Of a stretch of DNA of 64,000 nucleotides, positions 1 through 10,834 are shown piece by piece. Position 1 is the first letter of the stretch, and the number at the start of each line of letters is the position of its first letter. Source of the stretch: Promethearchaeota archaeon (GTDB taxonomy: Archaea; Asgardarchaeota; Lokiarchaeia; Sigyniarchaeales; SOKP01); NCBI GenBank assembly GCA_008080735.1, contig SHMW01000012.1, positions 20,998 through 84,997 on the forward strand, in the 5' to 3' direction. The position numbers were made by a program, and so were the translations under genes. Under the pieces are notes generated by a model, which had not been told where the DNA came from, did not search any database, and saw nothing but the letters and a program-made list of their open reading frames with translations.

Positions 1-105
1 GCGTCTCTTGGGAGAAAAAACTTTTCCTATCTACCAGAAGACTATGAGTATGACGTAAAAGGCCTTCCAATGAGGATTGCCAAACCTCATTTCTTTGATA
101 GCTGA
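1..105 (+). CDS. 3' end of an unidentified protein (partial, ...LPMRIAKPHFFDS*)
   Basis: Frame is open from the window edge to TGA at 103-105 and converges on the next gene. Confidence 0.55.
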   Translation, partial: ASLGRKNFSYLPEDYEYDVKGLPMRIAKPHFFDS

Positions 106-122
106 GGTATGAGATGATGAGC

Positions 123-1190
123 TTAAAATTCTCTCTCTGCTACAAAATTCAGAAGAGTTTCGAAAAATTCCAATTCATCTTCATGGATTACACCTTTTAA
201 TCGATCTAAGGCTTCAACGGCTTCCTTATAATAAGATTTCGCTAATTCTCTACAAAATACGTCTGCTTTGGATTCCTTGAAAAGCTGCTTTACGAGTACT
301 ACTTCCTCATCAGTAATATTTTGTTTCTCTATGATTGATATTAATCTATTTCGTCTCTCATCGGATAATTTATTTAATGCTTCGATTAGTAAGCAAGTTT
401 TCTTTCCCTCTTTAATATCGGAATCGGTAGGCTTGCCCGTTTTTTTCTCATCTCCGAAGGTTCCAAGGATATCATCAATTATTTGAAAAATGATCCCCAA
501 ATTCATACCGTATGTACTTAGGGACTTCAGATATTCTTCCTCTACTTGTGCATAGACAGCGCCTATAAGAATGGATTTCTCAATCAATGCACCGGTTTTC
601 AGTGAAATCATCTGAATGTATTCATCCATAGTTAAATCCGTCTTATTTACGATATCAGTTTCTATTAATACCCCGTTGGCAATTTCTATAAAGGCTTTCT
701 TATATAAATCCACGCCCTTAATGTTTAGATTGCTACTGAAACCGTTATTCAGGTATGCTTCTAATCCCAGAAAAAATGCCGAATCACCACCAATAATACC
801 GATTGATGTCCCAAAATCTTCAGCTTTCATCTTTTTTAAGTTATATTTTTGATGATATTGGCGATACCTATAATGAAAAGAAGGTTCTCCCCTTCTTATT
901 TCGTCATTGTCAATAATATCATCATGTATGAGAGAAGCATTATGTAGAAATTCTGTCCCAACGCAAGGTGTTAGGATTTTATCATCTCTAGAATCTGAAA
1001 ATGCCATATAGGTTGCGATACATAAAAGTGGACGGATTCTTTTTCCCCCAGCTAAAAAATAGCTCTGGAGTTCTGTGTAATACTCTTTAAGAAATACATT
1101 ATCGACAGCTTCGATTTTTCTCTTATATATCGATCCTATGACTTGATTTATTTTTGGTTTATATTGCTTACTATATTCTATAAAATTCAT
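123..1190 (-). CDS. trans-polyprenyl diphosphate synthase (GGPP synthase/IdsA family)
   Basis: GGKRIRP, FARM LIHDDIID..RRG, LKTG, SARM FQIIDDILG, DIKEGKKT. Confidence 0.93.
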   Translation of the reverse strand: MNFIEYSKQYKPKINQVIGSIYKRKIEAVDNVFLKEYYTELQSYFLAGGKRIRPLLCIATYMAFSDSRDDKILTPCVGTEFLHNASLIHDDIIDNDEIRRGEPSFHYRYRQYHQKYNLKKMKAEDFGTSIGIIGGDSAFFLGLEAYLNNGFSSNLNIKGVDLYKKAFIEIANGVLIETDIVNKTDLTMDEYIQMISLKTGALIEKSILIGAVYAQVEEEYLKSLSTYGMNLGIIFQIIDDILGTFGDEKKTGKPTDSDIKEGKKTCLLIEALNKLSDERRNRLISIIEKQNITDEEVVLVKQLFKESKADVFCRELAKSYYKEAVEALDRLKGVIHEDELEFFETLLNFVAEREF

Positions 1191-1466
1191 GATTGTTGAT
1201 TATTCCTTCATTCTCAAATTAGAATTAAAAATTTACTTTATTTAATAACAGAATTCAAATTAAAAATAATATTAGAAATCTCAAATCTACTTAATTTATC
1301 ATTAATATTTGGAATCATATTGATGCTATAGATTTATATATCGCCTACTTTTTATTTGTTCCTATTTTGAGAAATAAAAACTGGTCTAAAGATTTTTTAT
1401 AAGATGAGTTGGATATTTTTTATTTAATAAATAATTAAGAAATTGATATCAATGAGTTGATGTGAA

Positions 1467-1751
1467 ATGCTTGATAAAATAAAATCAGATATGAAATATG
1501 ATGAGGAAGATGATATGATTTATAGAAATTATGAAACGATAAGAGAAACAATAAAAGGAATTATCGATATTTTCGAGATAAAAATAGCCAACGATGATTT
1601 CTTTTATCAAGCGGGTGTTGAAAATTTAAGGGCTCTGCATGAGTCTGTCATCGATATTTTAGAACTTTACAATTCCCCCATCAAAATTCAGAAAATGATT
1701 GAAGAAATTCGCTATAAAGAGAATCAGCTAACTAATAACAAGGGATTTTAA
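1467..1751 (+). CDS. hypothetical helical protein
   Basis: 94-aa ORF filling an intergenic space with typical composition. Confidence 0.7.
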   Translation: MLDKIKSDMKYDEEDDMIYRNYETIRETIKGIIDIFEIKIANDDFFYQAGVENLRALHESVIDILELYNSPIKIQKMIEEIRYKENQLTNNKGF

Positions 1752-1796
1752 TTACAATTTAAATAAATAAAAAGAAATTAATGAGATTAACCATTT

Positions 1797-4592
1797 TTAA
1801 ACTGTTCTCTCAAACTCTATTTGTATGGTTGCTATAACATGAGGATCTAAAGTTATTCTAATACTCTGATTTTTTATATCCTCTATTGTTGCTTTGATTA
1901 CATTTTTTGGCTCCTCTTCTAATAAATTCACAATAGTAGCATCTCGGATTTTAATAACATCATGAAAACGAATTACTCCATTTTCCATCTTATCTGACAA
2001 ATTATACGCTCTTAGTATAAGATTATTCCCTTTTTCGCTTTTTTTTATGGCAGAGATGAGGATCGCATCGTTATCAAGTTGAATAAAACTCATCTCATCC
2101 GGTAAATATCCTTCTGTTATTTCCTTATCTCCTCCTAAATACAAGGAGAGCGTTCCGCGGGGCTTTAAAACTACCTTATCTAAAAGCCTGATATTAGAAT
2201 CTGTCATAGAGGGAAATATGGGTAAGAGTTTATTGTTGAATTCTTTTCCGTATTTATGGATACTTGCTTGAAGCCAATCTGCTTTATCATTTTCAATAAC
2301 TAGTGAGAATTCAAAAATGTGGCTTCCTAAACATTGTGCACCGGGGGTATTCATTTCTGGACCTGCGTGGGAACTTCTCGTTTTAAAATCATCTCGAGAT
2401 AGCCACTCAACACATCTCAGTAGGGTAAGTGCCAAGGTTATCGTTCCATCATTATTTTTTATAGCTTCATATTCCGGCAAGCCCTTATTCAGAACTGCGA
2501 ATACTCGTTCATTATCACATAAAGCAACAAAATCTTTTTGATGATTAGTTGGTAATGGTTTTTGAACCCAATCTTCTGCATCTGGTAAATCTATATCCCT
2601 TTCTAAAACATGAAAATGCCCGTCCACATGCACTTTATCCGCCTTCATAGAAGAGGGAAATAAAACCCGAAGTCTATGGTCCCTGCTATTATTGAACATT
2701 TCAATTCGAAAATCAATTCTCTTAATACGTTCATAGAGCGTGATATATAATCTTAATGGATTATCTGTGAGAAAACTCTCCCGCTCGTATCTTTGTTCGG
2801 TCAGTGATACGGGGAGTTTGAGGTTCATTTCCATTTTCACAGTCTTTTGTGTAGGTCCATCGACCACATATTGCATCTCTGTTAGTTGTGCATCTTCAGT
2901 AGTATATTTCATATCAAACTGATTATCTTTTGGACCAGAAAAGTCATATTCATCCCCCCAATCGCCCACATCTTCAAATGCACAGATATCATTAAACCAT
3001 ATCCCACTACTTTTATCTAATACGTTAATTTTTCCTTCCGGATTTATATTAATCTGATAAAACTCATTTTGAAAAGTCTCTCCAATGACTCTATAAGACT
3101 CTTCTTTTTTAATAATCTTGGAAGGCTCTTCATCAGGATTAAGATAATAAGTCTTATAACCACACGCCGGAACTTCTGCCAAAAAACTAAAGCGTTTCGA
3201 AATATTCGTTTCTTGTGTATAGCGAGGCTCCTCTTTTATTAAATAGCCTTGATATTCAATCTCCTTTCCTGTATTATCTATTAACTTAAAATGCGAGGGA
3301 AATCCTTCACTTCCCTTTTTCGGGGTAATACCATTGAACTCAACAATATCTTTCCTTTTATAAGGTAGAGGATTATACACGACTAAAGGAATCCAATTAT
3401 TCATGTCATACTTATACTCAATTGACTCACTGAGATGAATTACAGAATTTTTAATAATTTCTTCTCCGATTTGCTCTGCCCAATCAAATCTGGTTCTCAT
3501 TTCTTCGTGAACTTGGTCAATAGAGCATCCACAGATTGAATCGTGAGGATGGTTTTTAATCAACCATTTCAAACCGGTTAAAATATAATCTTTGGGATAT
3601 TTTTCTGGTTGGTTTTTACTTAATATCCAAGTTAATGTGGCAAGAGGCTCGGTATATTTTTCATATAGATATTCTATCGCAGTATTTCTCTGTTTAATCC
3701 ACATACGTGCGGAAAAGACGCCTGAAAGTAGATGTGCATATTTTCCACCTCTAAGTTCTCCTTGAAAGTCCTTTAATTCCGGATTTGATTCCAATACTTT
3801 TTCTATATAGTATTCAAAGTCAGTTTGTATGATTTTCTTCTCTGGATTCGCCTCATTCCATTGTGAAATTATTTCTGGGATCTCTGGTTGTGCTTCATCG
3901 TGATCTGAACCATTATTAAGCAAAACATATGGTGTTGTAGTATAATTCTCCATTTGGTCAACTACACGTTTGATTTTTCTTAATGCTACCTTATACTGGC
4001 CATTTCGTTTTTTAGTATTTATATTCGCTATAGAGCCATAGCTCAGAAGTAAATGAATTGCGAGTATGGAAGTTGCTTCTCCTGGAGCTTTCCATCGGAA
4101 TTCTATATTTAAGTTGTTTTCCTCAAATTCATTTCCAAATCCCCTCCAGAAGATCACAGATGGAATTTCAAATCCTTTCAAAATTTGGGGAAGTTGACTA
4201 ATATGACCGAAAGGATCGGGGATATAACCCGCTTTCATAACTCTCCCCACTTTACGGGCAAAGTGATGCCCAATCATTAAATTACGTATAAGAGATTCCC
4301 CACTAATAAGGAATTCGTCGGGTAATATATACATCGGTCCAATAGATAAACGTCGCTCCTTTACATATTTCTCTATTTTCTCCTTATTTTCAGGACGAAC
4401 TTCGAGATAATCCTCAATGGGTATTGTTTGCCCATCAAATGTAAAACTATCGTAATCTGGATTAGTTTCCAGAATTTCTAATAGCTTATCGAACATAAGA
4501 ACTAATTCTGCTCGAAACTCTTGAAACGGAAGATACCACTCACGATCCCAATGGGTCTCAGGTACCAGAATTATTTTTTCTGCTTTTACCAT
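1797..4592 (-). CDS. glycoside hydrolase family 38 (alpha-mannosidase / mannosylglycerate hydrolase-like)
   Basis: THWDREWY, FDGQ, PDEFLISGESLIRNL, PDPFGH, HPHDSICGCSID. Confidence 0.95.
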   Translation of the reverse strand: MVKAEKIILVPETHWDREWYLPFQEFRAELVLMFDKLLEILETNPDYDSFTFDGQTIPIEDYLEVRPENKEKIEKYVKERRLSIGPMYILPDEFLISGESLIRNLMIGHHFARKVGRVMKAGYIPDPFGHISQLPQILKGFEIPSVIFWRGFGNEFEENNLNIEFRWKAPGEATSILAIHLLLSYGSIANINTKKRNGQYKVALRKIKRVVDQMENYTTTPYVLLNNGSDHDEAQPEIPEIISQWNEANPEKKIIQTDFEYYIEKVLESNPELKDFQGELRGGKYAHLLSGVFSARMWIKQRNTAIEYLYEKYTEPLATLTWILSKNQPEKYPKDYILTGLKWLIKNHPHDSICGCSIDQVHEEMRTRFDWAEQIGEEIIKNSVIHLSESIEYKYDMNNWIPLVVYNPLPYKRKDIVEFNGITPKKGSEGFPSHFKLIDNTGKEIEYQGYLIKEEPRYTQETNISKRFSFLAEVPACGYKTYYLNPDEEPSKIIKKEESYRVIGETFQNEFYQININPEGKINVLDKSSGIWFNDICAFEDVGDWGDEYDFSGPKDNQFDMKYTTEDAQLTEMQYVVDGPTQKTVKMEMNLKLPVSLTEQRYERESFLTDNPLRLYITLYERIKRIDFRIEMFNNSRDHRLRVLFPSSMKADKVHVDGHFHVLERDIDLPDAEDWVQKPLPTNHQKDFVALCDNERVFAVLNKGLPEYEAIKNNDGTITLALTLLRCVEWLSRDDFKTRSSHAGPEMNTPGAQCLGSHIFEFSLVIENDKADWLQASIHKYGKEFNNKLLPIFPSMTDSNIRLLDKVVLKPRGTLSLYLGGDKEITEGYLPDEMSFIQLDNDAILISAIKKSEKGNNLILRAYNLSDKMENGVIRFHDVIKIRDATIVNLLEEEPKNVIKATIEDIKNQSIRITLDPHVIATIQIEFERTV

Positions 4593-4759
4593 TCAATTTC
4601 AAACCTTTAAAGTAATTATTTAATGTAAAATGAATAAGACTATAAATCTATTCTTTCAAAATAATTTAAATGAAATCTAAGATCTTTACAAAATAGAGTG
4701 GATTACAAATTTTTATCGTTTAGTTTAATTCTTAATTAAGGAAATGAAGCTTGAAGAGC

Positions 4760-5221
4760 TTATTCGAAATCATTATCATCCAAATCAAGAATTACTCGTT
4801 TTTTATTCTTTTCCTCACTTATCGTGGCCCCTCCCTTTCCTAATTTCTCCACATCCTGGAATTCAACATTAGGGTTTAACATATCCATAAACTTCTTTTC
4901 TTCTTCGGTTGGTTGATACGGCTCTTTCATCATTTTATAAAATTCCTCTATCAATTCTTCATTTTGAGTATAACGTTTAGCTGTTTGTTTGAAAAACCAT
5001 CCAACGATTTTTTCCCATAGCTTTTTCAACCACCCTATCATCCCAGAAGATTTTTGTTTTTCGGTCTTTTGTTCCATACTTCTCCGATGCATCAGTTCTT
5101 GTTGAACATATTGAGCCCATTCTTCTCTGGGAATATTCATTCGTTTAAGCTCTTGTTTCATATCTCGTATTATTTCTCTTTCTTTCTCAGAAAGAGAAGA
5201 TTTGTGCTTATTTTTCGTCAT
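4760..5221 (-). CDS. hypothetical protein with a probable amphipathic helix (GMIGWLKKLWEKIVGWFF)
   Basis: 153-aa ORF. Confidence 0.75.
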   Translation of the reverse strand: MTKNKHKSSLSEKEREIIRDMKQELKRMNIPREEWAQYVQQELMHRRSMEQKTEKQKSSGMIGWLKKLWEKIVGWFFKQTAKRYTQNEELIEEFYKMMKEPYQPTEEEKKFMDMLNPNVEFQDVEKLGKGGATISEEKNKKRVILDLDDNDFE

Positions 5222-5328
5222 TTATTCTCGCATTTAATAATTAATTGAATCTAAAATAATTTTCCCATTAAATTAATTTATCAGATCGAAGAACGGTAAA
5301 TGAAAAGAAAAAATGGTAAAATAAGGAT

Positions 5329-6210
5329 TTAATTAAAATTTAGTGGTCTTTCTAGCGGCCCTTCTATTCCCAAACGCTTAGCGAATTTTCGCATAAATTC
5401 CCTTCGCGATTTTAAATACACTTCCAATAGGATCATAACGGGGATCATAAGTACTGTAATGATAATTGGCATTATTGGCAACATGATTGCAGCGATTATA
5501 AACCCCGGATTTGTAGGATCATTATATCTGCTTAATACATCCATTAGGAAAAAAACATAGGAAAAGACCACCCCTATACCAGCATAGCCTTTTAAGAGAT
5601 AATGATACCAGCTCCCCATAGAGCGAACCTCAATAGGTTCAATTGTATCCTTAACCTTTTGCTTGTTTGTGAATACAATCCCCGCATCTAATAAAAACCA
5701 GACTGGTGAGAAGATACCCATAGAAATGGCAGTCATATAAGGGATTAAAGACGCAAAACCTACAATTGGCCATAAGCTTTCACCCCCCCCACCTCCTAAA
5801 TATCCTGGAGATACAACAAAATTATATGCAAAATCGCTTATACCTAGTAAAAGAGCAAAATTTACTGCTAATAAAGCGGGAAATATACCTTTCCATATAT
5901 TTTTAAATTTTTCTGGTTTTTCTCTATGCTGTATGCCAAATTCCATTCTGAAACCAATTGTTTTTTTATAAAAGAACAGCATCAATGGGGCGAAAAGATA
6001 GCCCGGTAAAAACCCTCCTATTATCCCCCCGAGAGGAATAAGCAAAACAATAGCCATGATTTGTAAGATTAAAGTATTAAAGGGAAGTATGGTAGTCATT
6101 CGGTCTGCTCCGCCATCTGCCAGATAATTCAGAGGGATAAAGGGTATGGTAAAGAGAAGATAAATTGCCAAAAATATAATTATTGCTTTACGATATCTTT
6201 TAAGGTTCAT
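5329..6210 (-). CDS. polytopic membrane protein of unknown function
   Basis: About 6 hydrophobic segments; ATG at 6210 (MNLKRYRK) is preferred over the track start at 6291. Confidence 0.75.
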   Translation of the reverse strand: MNLKRYRKAIIIFLAIYLLFTIPFIPLNYLADGGADRMTTILPFNTLILQIMAIVLLIPLGGIIGGFLPGYLFAPLMLFFYKKTIGFRMEFGIQHREKPEKFKNIWKGIFPALLAVNFALLLGISDFAYNFVVSPGYLGGGGGESLWPIVGFASLIPYMTAISMGIFSPVWFLLDAGIVFTNKQKVKDTIEPIEVRSMGSWYHYLLKGYAGIGVVFSYVFFLMDVLSRYNDPTNPGFIIAAIMLPIMPIIITVLMIPVMILLEVYLKSRREFMRKFAKRLGIEGPLERPLNFN

Positions 6211-6345
6211 TTTTAAATTGTAACTCTGCTTTTTATAACAAATATATAAATTAGATATATTTAAATATCGTTTAACAAAACCCCATAGCAATAATTCTTG
6301 AAAATTGAAAAAAATTTTACCTCTTTTAAATTGGGAATATTTTGA

Positions 6346-7860
6346 TCAATCAAACAAATTCTTCCCCACAACACTTTTATGAGGTTCAATTCCAAGTAAA
6401 TATAACAAACTAGGAACCATATCAGTCGTTTTACAGTATTCACTCTCAAGATTTGGGATATCTCCACTCCCTCCTATAATAAAAGGAACATTCATAGATT
6501 TTCGTAAAGCAATATCATGAGAATAGAGATGCTCGTTCATTGTTTTACCATGCTCATAATTAAATGCATATTCGCCCAATGTTGATATTAACACATCAGA
6601 AGAGCGTGGATTTGTAAAAAACCGAGGTATTTGATCAATTATCATGGGAAAATCGATATCATATGTTTTTGCCAGCCATTGGTCTATAGAGTAATATTCT
6701 CCATCCAAAAGAGATTCAACTTTTTCATTATTTTGATATCCGAAAATATCCACCTCATCAATAATATATCTCGTTTTCATCCTTTTTCCCATATCTTTAT
6801 ATTCTATTGAAGCAGTGGAGATTTGACCCGTTCTGCTGTTTTTTCTTTTGATATGGATAATTCCTTGTTCAGGCGTATTTTCATCATCTCTAAAATACAT
6901 AAGCTTTATTCCAGGAATTTCCCATAGAACATCAAACAAATTTATCGACTTTTCGCTCCCTATAGAAGTAAACTTTTCCATTTGTCCTATATTCGGATGA
7001 TGGTTCCAATTATTTCCTGGAAAATTAAATGAACCAACACATCCAAAATTGGCATCAAAATCCCCCTTACCTGTTTTCGGATCATAAGGTTGCAATCCCT
7101 TTGATTCGAAAAATGGTTCCAAATCATATGACCTTTCCGCCTTATAATTCCCATGGTCCGAGATTATTCCAATTGCCGTAGAGTCATAATATCCTTCAGA
7201 TTTCAAAAAGTTAATAAGATTTCCCAGATATTCGTCGCATTTTAGAATTTCGTTAATATATTCAGGATGGTCAAAACCTCTCTCATGTAAGAGCTCGTCT
7301 GTTTTGGGAACGTATCCGACGGTAATTTTCGGTACTTCTTTTTCAGAGAAAAATTTTACGGGATTTTCGTAGGCATTTTGGATATTTTTAAATACATTTT
7401 CGGTATTAAACTTCTGAGGTGGGGAAAAATAGGATCCTCGAAACACGATATTAAGAGAGCTAAAAAAATTGCCTTCTCCTGCTTGTTCGAAAATGGTTTT
7501 TACATTTTTCCCCAAATCTCTACCGATTTTCCAGATATGGCTTCCGATTGAATAATTCCGGATAAATGGAGGTTTTTTTCCCTTTGAAGGTGGATCGCTC
7601 CGGGAAATCCAATGATATGCGGGGATACCACTCCCTTCTTCTGGATAATATCCCGAGTATGCTCCGGTAATAATATTCGGATAACACGGGAAGGTAACGC
7701 TGGGAAACGATGTTATGCAATTCTTACTGGATATGCCATTTTTTGCTAGGCTTGCAAAATGAGGTAACTTTCCTTTTTCCATTAACTCAAAAAATTGAGA
7801 TGATTTCACGTCATCTAAGATTAATAAAATTACTTGGTTAATTTTCGTTTGTTTTACCAT
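6346..7860 (-). CDS. alkaline phosphatase superfamily / nucleotide pyrophosphatase-phosphodiesterase
   Basis: LILDD, FPSVTFP..IITG (catalytic Thr), D..H..G, ISDHG, SHD, VPFII. Confidence 0.88.
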   Translation of the reverse strand: MVKQTKINQVILLILDDVKSSQFFELMEKGKLPHFASLAKNGISSKNCITSFPSVTFPCYPNIITGAYSGYYPEEGSGIPAYHWISRSDPPSKGKKPPFIRNYSIGSHIWKIGRDLGKNVKTIFEQAGEGNFFSSLNIVFRGSYFSPPQKFNTENVFKNIQNAYENPVKFFSEKEVPKITVGYVPKTDELLHERGFDHPEYINEILKCDEYLGNLINFLKSEGYYDSTAIGIISDHGNYKAERSYDLEPFFESKGLQPYDPKTGKGDFDANFGCVGSFNFPGNNWNHHPNIGQMEKFTSIGSEKSINLFDVLWEIPGIKLMYFRDDENTPEQGIIHIKRKNSRTGQISTASIEYKDMGKRMKTRYIIDEVDIFGYQNNEKVESLLDGEYYSIDQWLAKTYDIDFPMIIDQIPRFFTNPRSSDVLISTLGEYAFNYEHGKTMNEHLYSHDIALRKSMNVPFIIGGSGDIPNLESEYCKTTDMVPSLLYLLGIEPHKSVVGKNLFD

Positions 7861-8305
7861 GATAAATCAAGATAAATTTATAATAGTATTATAGTAATGC
7901 TTTAGATCTATAAAAAGATAAATCTTTCACTTCAAAGTTATAGGTATATATAATTTGGCAGCGCTAAAAATATAAGACATAGGAAAAAACAAAAGTGAAT
8001 TAAACCGATTATAGTATAAAATAGAAGTTTTCTAATCTTAAGATAATCCATTGTTTTTAGGTTTGTGTTCATTATAATCATCAAGCAGAAGGATTTGGTA
8101 TGATTTTAAGTGATGGCTTCTTTTCAATAATTTGAATCCATTTATACAGAAAAAGATTGTTTATAGAATATAGATATAGGTATATTGAATATATAGTTCA
8201 TTATCATATTATTCGTATTTTATCATAAGAATTTTTAAATCTCTGATATTTGAGCTTCATTTCTGTTGTAAATTTAATTAAAAATTGTAGATTTTACAGA
8301 TTGAT

Positions 8306-8782
8306 ATGAAAAAATTGTATATTCCAAACTGTGGAGAAATTTTGATTAGAAATATTTTGTTTGATGTGAATGGCACAATTCAGTTTTCAGGGAGTATTTC
8401 AAAAGACCTGATTCCCAAATTTCAAAAAATTAAAGAAATATATGATGTGTATTTAATCTCTGCTGATACACGTGGGAATTTAGAGGAACTTGCTAATCAA
8501 CTTCAAGTCAAATATATCAGAATTAATCCAAAAGAGATTTCAGAATCTCAAGCAAAAAATTATCAATTAGACAAATTAGGAAAAAATGAAACAATTGCTG
8601 TGGGGAATGGAAATAATGATTCTTTAATGCTGAAAAATGCCTTACTTGGAATCTTAATAATTGGCAATGAAGGCGCAACTAGAGAAAGTCTCTTTAATTC
8701 TGATTTGGTTTTCACAAATCCCATTGATGTTTTAGATTTCCTTATCGATGAAAAAGCAATAATAGGTACTTTGAGAAAATAA
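8306..8782 (+). CDS. HAD-family hydrolase (soluble P-type ATPase-like)
   Basis: FDVNGT, SADTRG, VGNGNND. Confidence 0.88.
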   Translation: MKKLYIPNCGEILIRNILFDVNGTIQFSGSISKDLIPKFQKIKEIYDVYLISADTRGNLEELANQLQVKYIRINPKEISESQAKNYQLDKLGKNETIAVGNGNNDSLMLKNALLGILIIGNEGATRESLFNSDLVFTNPIDVLDFLIDEKAIIGTLRK

Positions 8783-9018
8783 ATACCTAAAATTAGACCA
8801 CCTCAAAAAACTTTATTCTTATCCTATTTACTCCACCTTTTTGTGGGATATATAAAGACTTTATACCTATATTCAAATGATTGAGATTTTCTAATTTTTC
8901 TTTATTCTAATCAAATATCAAAGGTGAATTTAATAGAAGTAATTTTATTATAAATATATGACAATAATTTGGTATTTTCGAAATTAAGGGTGTAAAATAT
9001 CAGATTTCTACAAAAAAA

Positions 9019-10743
9019 TTGACTAAATGTCATGATTCATTAATGGCTAATTTGAATAATCAAAGCAAAGAACAGTATATTAAAAAGCTTGAAGCTTTAA
9101 ATAAAGAATTTGAATATAAAAACACTTTACTACAAATTCAAAATGCAATTAGTAAATTAGTAATGCTTAAAGAGGATACCAAAGAATTGATTAAGGAAGC
9201 GTGTAATCTTCTCTCATCGAATCAAATTTTCAGACTTTCATTTGTATTATTATATGATTCGAAACAAAATTTACATATTATAAAATGTTTTCAAGCCAAG
9301 GAGCAATTTTTTGGAGAATTAGAAAAAGCTTTAAAAGACGCCTATATTCCAAAATGCATTTCTAAAGCTTTAGATTCGAAAGAAAGTAAAATTATTGAAA
9401 ATGATTCGAAATTATGTAAAACCTGTAATCTAAAAAAATATAAAACGAATGAGTTAGTGAAAATCACCTCTTTAGAATATAATCAAAATTGTTATGGTTT
9501 TTTATTCACATATATTAAAGAAAATGGGTATAACTTCAATCGAATAGCTCAAAAATTAGATGAGATCTCAGAGGAGCTAGCATATGGAATTTATAATATT
9601 AATTCAGAAAAGGAAAAAATAATTTATGCGAAAAATCTGGAAAAGTCTGAGAAAAAATATCGCTTATTAAGCAACAGTGCAAAAGATTTGATTTATGCCC
9701 ATGATTTAGATGGCAAAATAATTTATGCGAATGAAGCCATGTTAAATTTTGTGGATTTAAAGAGAAAAGAACTAATTGGTCAAAATGTATTTGATTTGAC
9801 ACCCAATAAAGAAAAGGAATCAATGTTAAAAAGATCTAATTTGCGTCACTCAGGAAATAAAAGCCATCTTATTTATGAGATTGTTGCTAAAAAACCAAAT
9901 GGAGAGAAAATACCTCTAGAGGTGAATTCAGTTCCAATAATGGAAAATGGAGAAATCATTGGAATCCATTGTGTTGCGCGAGATATCTCTGAACGAAAAG
10001 AGGCAGAAAAAGCTCTAAAGAAGTCAAAACAAGAATATCAAAACGCATTTAATCGAGCTGAATTTTATAAAGACTTATTTGCTCACGATATTAGAAACAT
10101 ACTTCAGGGGATGTTAACTGGACTTCAATTAATAGAGTTTCAATTAAAACAAAATATAAATCAATCTGAAACAATAGAGAACTTGGGTACTGTAAAAGAT
10201 CAAATAGAAAGAGGACAAAGATTGGTATTAAATATTAAAAAACTCTCTCAAATTACTCACGACGATCTTGGATTAAAAAGCATGGAAATATTACCAATAT
10301 TGAACGAATGCGTGAATAATATTAAAAAAATATTCACTAAACGACCTATGACAATCAAGATTAACTGCGAAAACGAAGAGATAAGAATTAAGGCAAATGA
10401 ACTCTTAGGGGATTTATTTGAGAATTTAATTATAAACTCAATTAAACATAACAATAATGAACACATTGAAATAATGATTAACATAAGTGAGATTGAGCAA
10501 AAACAACAAAAATTTATAAGATTTGAATTTATCGATAACGCAATGGGTATCAAAGATTCACGCAAAGAAATTCTTTTTCAAAGAGCTTATTTTAAACGAA
10601 AAAAACATGAAGGATTGGGTTTAGGATTATCGTTAGTCAAGAGAATAATTGATTTATATAGAGGAAAAATTTGGGTAGAAAACCGAGTTAAAGAAGACCA
10701 TTCCAAAGGAAGTAAATTTATTTTTGAAATTCCTAAATTTTAA
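9019..10743 (+). CDS. GAF/PAS sensor histidine kinase
   Basis: PAS domain (DLDGKIIYAN...RDISERK), H-box AHDIRN, N-box NLIINSIKH, DNAMGI, GLGLGLS. Confidence 0.93.
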   Translation: MTKCHDSLMANLNNQSKEQYIKKLEALNKEFEYKNTLLQIQNAISKLVMLKEDTKELIKEACNLLSSNQIFRLSFVLLYDSKQNLHIIKCFQAKEQFFGELEKALKDAYIPKCISKALDSKESKIIENDSKLCKTCNLKKYKTNELVKITSLEYNQNCYGFLFTYIKENGYNFNRIAQKLDEISEELAYGIYNINSEKEKIIYAKNLEKSEKKYRLLSNSAKDLIYAHDLDGKIIYANEAMLNFVDLKRKELIGQNVFDLTPNKEKESMLKRSNLRHSGNKSHLIYEIVAKKPNGEKIPLEVNSVPIMENGEIIGIHCVARDISERKEAEKALKKSKQEYQNAFNRAEFYKDLFAHDIRNILQGMLTGLQLIEFQLKQNINQSETIENLGTVKDQIERGQRLVLNIKKLSQITHDDLGLKSMEILPILNECVNNIKKIFTKRPMTIKINCENEEIRIKANELLGDLFENLIINSIKHNNNEHIEIMINISEIEQKQQKFIRFEFIDNAMGIKDSRKEILFQRAYFKRKKHEGLGLGLSLVKRIIDLYRGKIWVENRVKEDHSKGSKFIFEIPKF

Positions 10744-10787
10744 AATAATTTGAGAAATAGATTCGGAAATTTAACCCGAGCAAGGCA

Positions 10788-10826
10788 TTCATCAAATAAA
10801 TCTGCAAATTTTCTTATTTGAATCAT
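10788..10826 (-). promoter_or_regulatory. eukaryote-like (Loki-type) SECIS element in the 3'UTR
   Basis: Minus strand reads AUGA-U-UCAAAUAA-GAAA-AUU-UGCA-GAU-UUAUUUGA-U-GA-A: tandem G.A core, perfect 8-bp helix, apical A-run and mini-stem, 8 nt after the stop. Confidence 0.78.
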
Positions 10827-10834
10827 CATTTTAA

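Noticed and set aside
10750-10785. Second hairpin (UCGG...CCGA) downstream of the SECIS
   Set aside because: No GA/GA core; at most a terminator-associated structure between convergent genes
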